From the NCBI GenBank assembly GCA_041484665.1, contig JBGPIA010000008.1, positions 1 through 64,000 on the forward strand: a stretch of DNA of 64,000 nt. Reading direction: 5' to 3'. This document shows, in pieces, positions 56,676 through 64,000 of this stretch. The first letter of the stretch is position 1; the number at the start of each line of letters is the position of its first letter. The stretch is from Candidatus Krumholzibacteriia bacterium. Lineage in GTDB: Bacteria; Krumholzibacteriota; Krumholzibacteriia; JAJRXK01. The translations under genes and the position numbers were made by a program. Under the pieces are notes generated by a model. It ran no database searches, was not told where the DNA came from, and worked only from the letters and a program-made list of their open reading frames with translations.

Positions 56676-58175
56676 ATGCGTCGACTGCTCTGGATCGGCG
56701 TCGGGGTGGTGCTGGCCACTGCGGTGGCTGTCGTGGCCTGGCCGCGGGAGAGGCGCGAGGTCACGACCCGATCGAAAGAGGCCTATCACGACTACCTCCA
56801 GGGCCGGGAGCTCACGGAGCGCTGGGACCACCTGGCCGCCCGGGACGCCTACCTCAAGGCCGTCAGCGCGGATAGCACCTTTGCCATGGCCTACCTCGGC
56901 CTGGCGCGCACGTACAACACCCTGCGCTGGATGAAGGAGCGCGACGACGCCCTGGCGCGCGCCGCGCGGCTGAGCAAGGGCTGCACGGAGCTGGAGTGCC
57001 TGTTGATCGCTGAGGGCAAGGCCGAGATGGACGGCGACCACAAGGCCACCAACGCCGCCCTCGACGACCTGCTGAAGAAGTACCCCGAAAATCCCGAGAC
57101 CATGATGCTGCAGGCGACGCGGCTGTGGCGCGACGAGCGCAAGCTCGATGAAGCGGCCGCGCTGCTGCAGAAGGCGCTGGCGGCCGATCCCACCCGGGTG
57201 ACCATCCACAACCTGATGGGCTACGTCGAGATGGAGCGCGGTAACTTCGACGCTGCCGTCGCCAGCCTGCAGCGCTACGCGTACTACGCCCCCAATCAGC
57301 CCAATCCCCACGATAGCCTCGGCGAGATCTATCTCAAGGCAGGGCGCTACGAAGAGGCGATCGCACAATACCTCGAGGCGCTGCGCATCCAGCCGGAGTT
57401 CACGAACTCAGCCCTCATGCTGGCGCAAGTGCTCGCGACGACCGGTCAGTACAAGCAGGGGCACCTGGTGCTCGACACGGCCCACGAGGTGTTCAGCCAT
57501 ATCAAGCAGGACCGCCAGTGGGAGCTGGCCCAGATCAGCGTGGACCTCGACGCCAAGCGCTACGAGGATGTCCTGACGCGCACACAGAAGTTCCTGCCCT
57601 TCCCGTCCGCACCCGATCTCGCGTTCCTCGCCCTGGAGCCACGCATCTACGCCATGCGCGCCTATTCTCAGATGGAGCTCGCCAAGTTCGACGATGCCGC
57701 CGCCAGCCTGGACGCCTACGACTCCTTCTGGGCGCTGTTGGAGAAGAGCAAGCCGGGTTACGTGGGCAAGCAGGACTCGGGTGACATCGCCCTCTCCTCC
57801 AAGCTGCTGCGCGCGCGCTTGCTGTCGCTCACCGGCAAGCACGATCAGGCAACCGAACTCGCGATCGCGGCCTTCAAGAACAGCGATAAGCCCGACAAGG
57901 ACCTCGTGTACTACTACGCGGCCGTAGCCCAGGTGGAGCTGCAGGGAGGCGCGAACCAGACGGCCGTCGAGCTGGCCAAGAAAGTGATCGCCGTCATCCC
58001 GACCAATCCCACCGCCAACCGCGTGCTTGGGTTGGCTCTGGCGAAACTCGGCGACAACGACGGTGCCCTCTCAGCGCTCACGACGTACCTCCATGTGATG
58101 CGCGCCGCGGACCCGGGCAACAAGGACCTCGACGAGGCCAAGGCCGTCTACGACCGGCTGCTGGCGTCGAGCTAG
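56676..58175 (+). CDS. Membrane-anchored TPR protein
   Basis: N-terminal TM; EAYHDYLQG, DSTFAMAY, NPHDSLGEIY helical repeats. Confidence 0.85.
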   Translation: MRRLLWIGVGVVLATAVAVVAWPRERREVTTRSKEAYHDYLQGRELTERWDHLAARDAYLKAVSADSTFAMAYLGLARTYNTLRWMKERDDALARAARLSKGCTELECLLIAEGKAEMDGDHKATNAALDDLLKKYPENPETMMLQATRLWRDERKLDEAAALLQKALAADPTRVTIHNLMGYVEMERGNFDAAVASLQRYAYYAPNQPNPHDSLGEIYLKAGRYEEAIAQYLEALRIQPEFTNSALMLAQVLATTGQYKQGHLVLDTAHEVFSHIKQDRQWELAQISVDLDAKRYEDVLTRTQKFLPFPSAPDLAFLALEPRIYAMRAYSQMELAKFDDAAASLDAYDSFWALLEKSKPGYVGKQDSGDIALSSKLLRARLLSLTGKHDQATELAIAAFKNSDKPDKDLVYYYAAVAQVELQGGANQTAVELAKKVIAVIPTNPTANRVLGLALAKLGDNDGALSALTTYLHVMRAADPGNKDLDEAKAVYDRLLASS

Positions 58176-58304
58176 GGCGACGCGTCGCCGTCGGCGACTC
58201 GCCCCCAACCCCCGCGCCGCCAACACCGCGCCGCCAACACCGCACCGCCAGTACCGCTCTGCCAGCCACTCGCCCCCAGCCCTCGCGGCTGCTAAGCTGA
58301 CCGC

Positions 58305-58931
58305 ATGGAACTCGGGCGACTCATCGACATCAGCCAACCCGTCTCGCCGTCCACGGGGGCGTGGCCCGGCGACACGCCGTTCTCGTACCGCTGGACGTGG
58401 AGCATGGATCGCGGCGACTCGTGCAACGTCTCGGCCGTGCAGGCCAGCCCGCACGTAGGCACCCACGCGGATGCGCCGCTGCATTTCGATCCGCAGGGAC
58501 CAGGAATCGGCGAGGTCGAACTGGAGCGCTACTGTGGCCCGTGCTGGGTGATGGATGGCCCCACCCAGGGGCTGGTGGGCCCGCGGGGTCTTGCAGGCTG
58601 CGACTTCGCGCGCACTCCGCGCGTGCTGCTGCGGACGCGCCCGCAGATCGATCAGGAGTTTCCGCGCGCGTTTGTCGCCCTCGCGCCCGACGCCGCGCGC
58701 TATCTAGTGGACCGCGGAGCCCTGCTCGTGGGGCTGGACACGCCGTCGATCGACCCGTTCGACAGCAAGGACCTCCCCAGCCACCACATCCTTGCAGCCG
58801 CCCGCATTGCGATCCTGGAGAATCTGGTGCTCGCCCACGTGCAGCCCGGCCCCTACGAGCTGATCGCCCTGCCGCTGCGCTGGATGGGGTTGGATGCCTC
58901 TCCGGTCCGCGCCGCCCTGCGCCCGCTCTGA
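58305..58931 (+). CDS. kynB: Kynurenine formamidase (cyclase family)
   Basis: WPGDTPF, HVGTHADAP, GLDTPS, LENL, DASPVRA. Confidence 0.85.
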   Translation: MELGRLIDISQPVSPSTGAWPGDTPFSYRWTWSMDRGDSCNVSAVQASPHVGTHADAPLHFDPQGPGIGEVELERYCGPCWVMDGPTQGLVGPRGLAGCDFARTPRVLLRTRPQIDQEFPRAFVALAPDAARYLVDRGALLVGLDTPSIDPFDSKDLPSHHILAAARIAILENLVLAHVQPGPYELIALPLRWMGLDASPVRAALRPL

Positions 58932-59006
58932 GCGAGCTGCGCGGCGAGAACGAGCGCGTCGGCGGGTGCCGGCGGGCGCCCGCGGCCACGCCTCCCGCGC
59001 TCCCGC

Positions 59007-60074
59007 CTACACCTCGTCGAAGAAGTACGGCTTCAGCGCCTGGATCCGGTCCTCGTACTCGTCGGGATACAGCGCCCACTCCGTCGCTGCCACCGAAGAG
59101 AGGATGGCGTTGCCGTCCTGCGGCGTGAAGCAGAAGCCGACGATCTCGCGGCCGCCGTCGGTCAGCGCCAACGTCTCGGTCGGGATGACGGTCTGGTTCA
59201 TGATGCGGCCGTAGAACCCGTGGTCACGCCCAAAGCTGAAGATCGCGTTGGCCGTCATCTTGTAGGTGGTCGCGATCCGGTCGTTGGCGCGGATGCGCTC
59301 CACCAGCGACTCGAGCGTAGTGGGCTTCTTGACCCGGATGGTGAAGTGCAGCACGTGCATGAACTGCGTGTTGATCTTCATGGCCGACGAATAGAGGTTC
59401 AGCTCTAGCCCCAGCGTCTTGAACAGGTGGTAGGCATCGCGGGCGTGGTGGGTGCCGAAGCGGGGGTCCTTGTGCGTACCCACCTCCGGCGACGGGATGA
59501 ACTTGTCGTCCTGGCTGAGGTCGTTGCAGCGCCGCAGGCAGACGAAACGGCCCGACTCGAGGTTGTCCTTGCCCTCGCTGAGGCCCAGCGTGTTCACCAG
59601 CACCGCCAGGTTGTGGGTGTTGCAGCTGACCACCTGGACGAACCGGTCCTCGCCGTGGATCAGAGCGCGGTCGTTGATGCCGCGCGCGTACATCTTTCCG
59701 AATCCGAACTCGCTGCCCTGGGCGATGAACAGGTCCACGTTGGAGACGTAGTTGTTGTAGATCTCCTGCTTCATCGTGTTGCCCGCGGGCGTGCAGTCGA
59801 TGACCACCCGCACCTGCTCGAGGGCCTCGTCCAGGGTCGCCACCGGCTCCAGCCCGATGCGCTGGAAATCGGCGCGGCGCTCGGCGTCGCTGACGAAATG
59901 GGCGCCACGCTGGATGAGGTCGCGGACTTTGGAGCGGTCGGGAAGCAGCGGGGTCCGTTTGTGGAACATGACCTCATCCAGCCCGAGGTCCTTCTTGAAA
60001 TGCGCGAGCAGCCCGATCAGGGGTTCGCCAATCGTCCCGGTTCCGACGACCAGGACCTTCTTGTCGTGGCGCAT
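59007..60074 (-). CDS. Class II (archaeal-type) glyceraldehyde-3-phosphate dehydrogenase-like protein
   Basis: GTGTIG, IDCTP, AQGSE, catalytic VVSCNT, LRRCND, HHARD, MH. Confidence 0.75.
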   Translation of the reverse strand: MRHDKKVLVVGTGTIGEPLIGLLAHFKKDLGLDEVMFHKRTPLLPDRSKVRDLIQRGAHFVSDAERRADFQRIGLEPVATLDEALEQVRVVIDCTPAGNTMKQEIYNNYVSNVDLFIAQGSEFGFGKMYARGINDRALIHGEDRFVQVVSCNTHNLAVLVNTLGLSEGKDNLESGRFVCLRRCNDLSQDDKFIPSPEVGTHKDPRFGTHHARDAYHLFKTLGLELNLYSSAMKINTQFMHVLHFTIRVKKPTTLESLVERIRANDRIATTYKMTANAIFSFGRDHGFYGRIMNQTVIPTETLALTDGGREIVGFCFTPQDGNAILSSVAATEWALYPDEYEDRIQALKPYFFDEV

Positions 60075-60300
60075 GTCTCCGCTCCTTGCCGACGTGGATC
60101 CGCGGCCCCCCAGAGGGCCGGTCTACACATCACGAATATACCATAGGCCCCCGGATTGCATCGCCGTGCTACCGCAAGGCCGGGCTCAAGGCCGGCCGCC
60201 CGGCGGCCGATCACTGGAGCGGGCCGGAGTGCGCCGAAGCAACGGGCTACCGCCGACCGCGGGCGGCCGTCCCCCGGAGCCACCATCCCCCGGAGGTGCC

Positions 60301-61296
60301 ATGGGAACCAACCGTCTGCTGCGCCTCAACGAGCTGGTGGACGAGGTCTCGACCCTGCCGGCCGTCGCCGCCCAGGTGATCTCCCGCGCCAGCGATCCCG
60401 AGATCGAGCTTTCCGAGCTCGCCGAGATCATCGAGAAGGACACCGCGCTCACCCTGCGCTTCCTCGCCCTCGCCAACAGCGCGGCGATGGCCCGCGGCCA
60501 CGAGGTGACGGAGCTGCGGCCGGCCCTCGTGCGCCTGGGCCTGGACCGCGTCCGGACGATCTCGCTGTGCGTCACGCTGCACGACGTCTTCCCGTCGCGG
60601 CCGGCCGTGAGCGACCCCGATTTCGACCGCGTGGCCTTCTGGAAGAACATCCTGGGCGTGGCCACCAGCGCCCAGATCCTCGCGCAGCACACCGCCAAGG
60701 GGGCCGAGCAGGAGTCCTACCTGGCCGGGATCCTCCACGACGTGGGCAAGTCCGTCCTCGACCAGAAGGAGCACGTGCAGTTCACGAGGGCGGTGCGTCT
60801 GGCGCGCGACAAGCAGATCCCGCTGCCGGCGGCCGAGGAGATGACTTTCGGCTTCAATCACGCGGAGCTGGGGGCGCGCATCCTCAGCGAGTGGAACCTC
60901 CCCGAGCTGCTCGTGCAGGTGGTCCGCTACCACCTCGAGCCTGGCCGGGAGCAAGGGGTGCTGCCCGAGGCGCGGCGCGTGATCGGGCTGCTCAACGACG
61001 CCGTCCAGATCTGCCGCTCCATCCACCTCGGCGACGACGGGGAAAGCGATCTGCCGCTGACCTTCAACCAGCTCCTGCAAACGCTGCGCATCAACAGCCG
61101 CCAGCTCGAGCAGCTGGTCGTCAAGGTGCAGTCGGAGGTCGAGCAGACGGCGAACCTGCTGGAGCTGGAGGTCACCGAGCCCGCGCAGTACCTGCGCGCG
61201 CTGCAGGTGGCCAACCGCGAGCTCAGCCGTATCGGGCTGGAAGGGCTGATGCAGGAGCTTATGCAGTGCCCCGAGGGCGAAGTGTTCGTGCCCTGA
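60301..61296 (+). CDS. HDOD domain protein
   Basis: TLPAVA, IEKDTALT, LANSA, AGILHDVGK, FNHAELG, WNLP. Confidence 0.9.
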   Translation: MGTNRLLRLNELVDEVSTLPAVAAQVISRASDPEIELSELAEIIEKDTALTLRFLALANSAAMARGHEVTELRPALVRLGLDRVRTISLCVTLHDVFPSRPAVSDPDFDRVAFWKNILGVATSAQILAQHTAKGAEQESYLAGILHDVGKSVLDQKEHVQFTRAVRLARDKQIPLPAAEEMTFGFNHAELGARILSEWNLPELLVQVVRYHLEPGREQGVLPEARRVIGLLNDAVQICRSIHLGDDGESDLPLTFNQLLQTLRINSRQLEQLVVKVQSEVEQTANLLELEVTEPAQYLRALQVANRELSRIGLEGLMQELMQCPEGEVFVP

Positions 61297-61381
61297 CCGC
61301 CCGGGACACCAGCTACGACAGCCCTACGCCCTCGCTGACGTCCGCCATAGCCCTGCGGCTTTGCCGCCGTCCACGACGCCG

Positions 61382-62020
61382 CTACGCCGGCGTCGCCACC
61401 CACCGATCGAGCTCCCGCTCTAGCGCTGTCACGTCGGCGACCCAGTTGAGGTGCGCAATGAACCCGTCGCCCACCTCGGGCAGCTCCTGGATGGCCTCAG
61501 CGAGCGGGCGCCAGGGATGCTCGAACACCCAGATCGGCCCGCGCACCTGACCGATCGTCGCCAGGCACCAGGCGGTCGTGAGCTCGGACAGCGTTCCCAA
61601 CCCGCCGGGGAGCGCCACGAAGGCATCCCCGTGGCGCACCATCGAGCGCATGCGGGCAAGGTAGTCGGGCTCCACGCGGTGCTCGCTCAAGAACGAGTTG
61701 GGCTCGCGGTCGCCGAAGATCGAGGTGGTGATTCCGACCACCGCCCCCCCGGCCGACGAGGCGCCCCGGCTGGCTGCACCCATCGCGCCCTCGTAACCGC
61801 CCGAGACCAGCCCCAGGCAGCGCTCCGCCACCGCGCGGCCGACGGCGTAGGCCAGGCGGTAGTCCTCGCTGTCGGGCGTGATCCGGGAGCTGCCGAACAC
61901 CACGACGTTGCGCCGCTCCACGCGATGTTCCGCGCGCCCTTCGCCGCGCCCTTCCCCACCGCGTTCCGCCCGCCCTTCCGCGCTGCGCTCCACGTGCCGC
62001 TGCGCGCCCCGTTCTGCCAT
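61382..62020 (-). CDS. LOG family nucleotide-binding protein
   Basis: VFGSSR, SGGYEGAM, PGGLGTLSE. Confidence 0.88.
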   Translation of the reverse strand: MAERGAQRHVERSAEGRAERGGEGRGEGRAEHRVERRNVVVFGSSRITPDSEDYRLAYAVGRAVAERCLGLVSGGYEGAMGAASRGASSAGGAVVGITTSIFGDREPNSFLSEHRVEPDYLARMRSMVRHGDAFVALPGGLGTLSELTTAWCLATIGQVRGPIWVFEHPWRPLAEAIQELPEVGDGFIAHLNWVADVTALERELDRWVATPA

Positions 62021-62146
62021 GTCCGGCCTTTCTGCGCGGGCGGCTCCCGGTCAGGGGCCGCCTGGCGCGACCTGTGCTATCGTGGGCCGCGGAGGCGCCG
62101 GGTGTGGGCCCGCCCCTCCTCCCCAACGCCCCGACCCTGCGAGCAG

Positions 62147-62962
62147 ATGTCACCCATGCGGCGATCGCGCGTCTGGAAAACCGGCACAGGATACGGCCTC
62201 AGCCCCGGTCTGCCCATGACCCCCGTGGTCAAGGCGCTGCTGATCGCGAACGTCGGGATCTATGTCATCGGCCTCCTGGCCCACTGGGGCGCCGAGGTGA
62301 GCTTCGGCCTGGTGCCCGCCGAGGTGTGGGGCCACCTGCAGCTGTGGCGGTTCGTGACCTACATGTTCCTGCACGGTGGCACGCTCCACCTGCTGTTCAA
62401 CATGCTCACGCTGTGGATGTTCGGGACCGCCGTCGAGGCGGCGTGGGGCAGCGGCGCCTTCCTGCGGTACTACCTGCTGTGCGGCGTGGGCGGCGCGATC
62501 ACCACCTGCGTCGCGTCGCCCCACAGCCCGCTCATCACCATCGGCGCGAGCGGCGCGGTGCTGGGCATCCTGCTGGCGTATGGAATGACCTTTCCAGACC
62601 GCGAGGTGCTCTTCTACATGGTCTTCCCGCTGAAGGCCAAGTATCTGGTGGCGATCTTCGTGGCCATCGACCTGATCGGCGTGCTATCCCAGGCGCAGGA
62701 TGGCATCGCCCACTTCGCCCACGTGGGGGGCATGCTGTTCGGCTTCGTCTACCTGAAGCTGGATTGGCGCCCCGCGGCCATGACGCGCAAGCTGCGCGCG
62801 ACGCGTGCCCGCTGGACCCTGGGCCGGAACATCCGCCGGCACGAGGAGCTGCAGCGGCACGTGCGGACCGTCGACGAGATCCTGGACAAGATCTCGTCGC
62901 AGGGAATCCAGAGCCTCACCGAGCAGGAGCGCAAGATTCTCCGTGAAGCCAGCCGCCACTAG
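62147..62962 (+). CDS. Rhomboid family intramembrane serine protease
   Basis: WRFVTYMFLH, HLLFNM, GASG, AHFAHVGG, C-terminal VDEILDKIS. Start uncertain (62147, 62156 or 62216). Confidence 0.92.
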   Translation: MSPMRRSRVWKTGTGYGLSPGLPMTPVVKALLIANVGIYVIGLLAHWGAEVSFGLVPAEVWGHLQLWRFVTYMFLHGGTLHLLFNMLTLWMFGTAVEAAWGSGAFLRYYLLCGVGGAITTCVASPHSPLITIGASGAVLGILLAYGMTFPDREVLFYMVFPLKAKYLVAIFVAIDLIGVLSQAQDGIAHFAHVGGMLFGFVYLKLDWRPAAMTRKLRATRARWTLGRNIRRHEELQRHVRTVDEILDKISSQGIQSLTEQERKILREASRH

Positions 62963-63737
62963 CCGACCGGCACCGCCCGCGGCCGATCCCTTTCCACCGC
63001 ACGTGCAGGTCCTGCGCGAGCGCCGGCGGACGATCGAGATCTCGTTGCATCAGGGGCAGATGGTCGTGCACGTGCCGCGCCGTCTGTCGCGCGCCGAGCT
63101 GGAGCGCACGCTGCCGGCGCTGCGGGAGCGCCTGTGGCGACAGCTGCGTCGACGTAGCGTGTTCGACAACGACGCGCTGCAAGCCCGCGCCACCCGCGTC
63201 GCGCACACCGTCCTGGGTGACGTGCACCTGCCTCGGTTCACGGCGCGTTTCAGCCGCCGCCAGCACAAGCGGTGGGGGAGCTGCACGGTGGGCCGCGGCG
63301 GGGATGGCCGTCCCTTGGGCAGCATCCTGATCAGCGCGCGGCTGATCGGGCACCCGGTCTGGGTGCTGGACCACCTGCTGCTGCACGAGCTGGCCCACCT
63401 CCTGGTCAGCGACCACGGCGCGCGTTTCCAGCAGCTGATGCGCCGCTCGCCGCGCGCCGAGCGCGCGGAGGGTTATCTGGAGGCGCTGGAGAACACCGAG
63501 CAGATGGGCGCCCGCTTCGCGGCGTGCGGCACCGACGCCGATGACGCTGACGACGACGACGCGGCGCAGGCGGACGCCGGTGCGGCGCAGGCGGAGGGGC
63601 GGCCGCAGACGCCTTCCGCGGCGCAGGCGCGCCCGCGCTCCACGACGAGCCCACGGAAACGGCCCAGGGTCGCCCCCGGGCCGCTGCCGTTGTTCGCTTC
63701 CCTCGCCGAGGTCGACGCCGTCGATCCGTCGGCCTAG
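62943..63737 (+). CDS. YgjP/DUF45-like zinc metallo-hydrolase
   Basis: RRRTI, RWGSC, P.WVLD.LLLHELAH, DHGARF. Start uncertain. Confidence 0.8.
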   Translation: MKPAATSRPAPPAADPFPPHVQVLRERRRTIEISLHQGQMVVHVPRRLSRAELERTLPALRERLWRQLRRRSVFDNDALQARATRVAHTVLGDVHLPRFTARFSRRQHKRWGSCTVGRGGDGRPLGSILISARLIGHPVWVLDHLLLHELAHLLVSDHGARFQQLMRRSPRAERAEGYLEALENTEQMGARFAACGTDADDADDDDAAQADAGAAQAEGRPQTPSAAQARPRSTTSPRKRPRVAPGPLPLFASLAEVDAVDPSA

Positions 63738-63815
63738 GGGCCGGGTCGTCGATCCGCGGCCCACGAGCCCGCGCGCCGGGTGCACGGCCTGGCCGCGGAC
63801 CGCCGATCCGCCGGC

Positions 63816-64000
63816 CTACGGAGTGTCATCTGGAGACGGCGTCTTGACCGCGGGGCCCCCCTCGGCCCCACCGCCGGCAGCCGGGGGTCGCGGCAGGCGC
63901 GCGGCACGGCGGCGGCGGCGGCGGTGGCGCGACCGCGCCAGGTCGCCCCCAGGCTCGTCCCCGATGGCGCCTTCGAGCGCCGGCTCGAACACCGGCGCCT
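63816..64000 (-). CDS. 3' end of a gene continuing beyond the window (Arg-rich tail)
   Basis: Open frame ...RSRHRRRRRRAARLP...DDTP* ending at TAG 63816. Function cannot be determined. Confidence 0.4.
   Translation of the reverse strand, partial: APVFEPALEGAIGDEPGGDLARSRHRRRRRRAARLPRPPAAGGGAEGGPAVKTPSPDDTP

Overview
GC-rich bacterial chromosomal window. Many secreted proteins end in FlgD-Ig-like or WG-x-x-K tails, which suggests an FCB-associated candidate phylum such as Krumholzibacteriota, Latescibacterota or Eisenbacteria (inference only). Positions 1-15989 look like a decayed island downstream of tRNA-Lys(CTT). It holds two disrupted terminase-small-subunit-like genes, two putative modification-dependent restriction nucleases (Mrr and EVE/PD-(D/E)xK), a DUF5677-like gene, large secreted beta-propeller proteins, two paralogous small secreted proteins, and a ~44-90 bp motif repeated between cargo genes. 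No integrase is visible in the window. The rest is mostly core genome: nth, an HNH endonuclease gene wrapped in minisatellites, ssb, an orphan parA, an ABC-2 exporter, tRNA-Arg(TCT), a Ser/Thr kinase, tRNA-Pro(TGG), the smpB-amidase-GerMN-murI-rph-rdgB operon, tRNA-Leu(CAG) with a small islet, a GT39/phosphodiesterase cluster, suhB, a SpoIIE phosphatase, kynB, an archaeal-type GAPDH-like gene, and HDOD, LOG, rhomboid and YgjP-like genes. The most notable signals are the modular satellite-like island, a shared 15-residue C-terminal motif on four secreted proteins, the HNH element, and dispersed palindromes. All product calls come from recognising motifs by eye; no searches were run.
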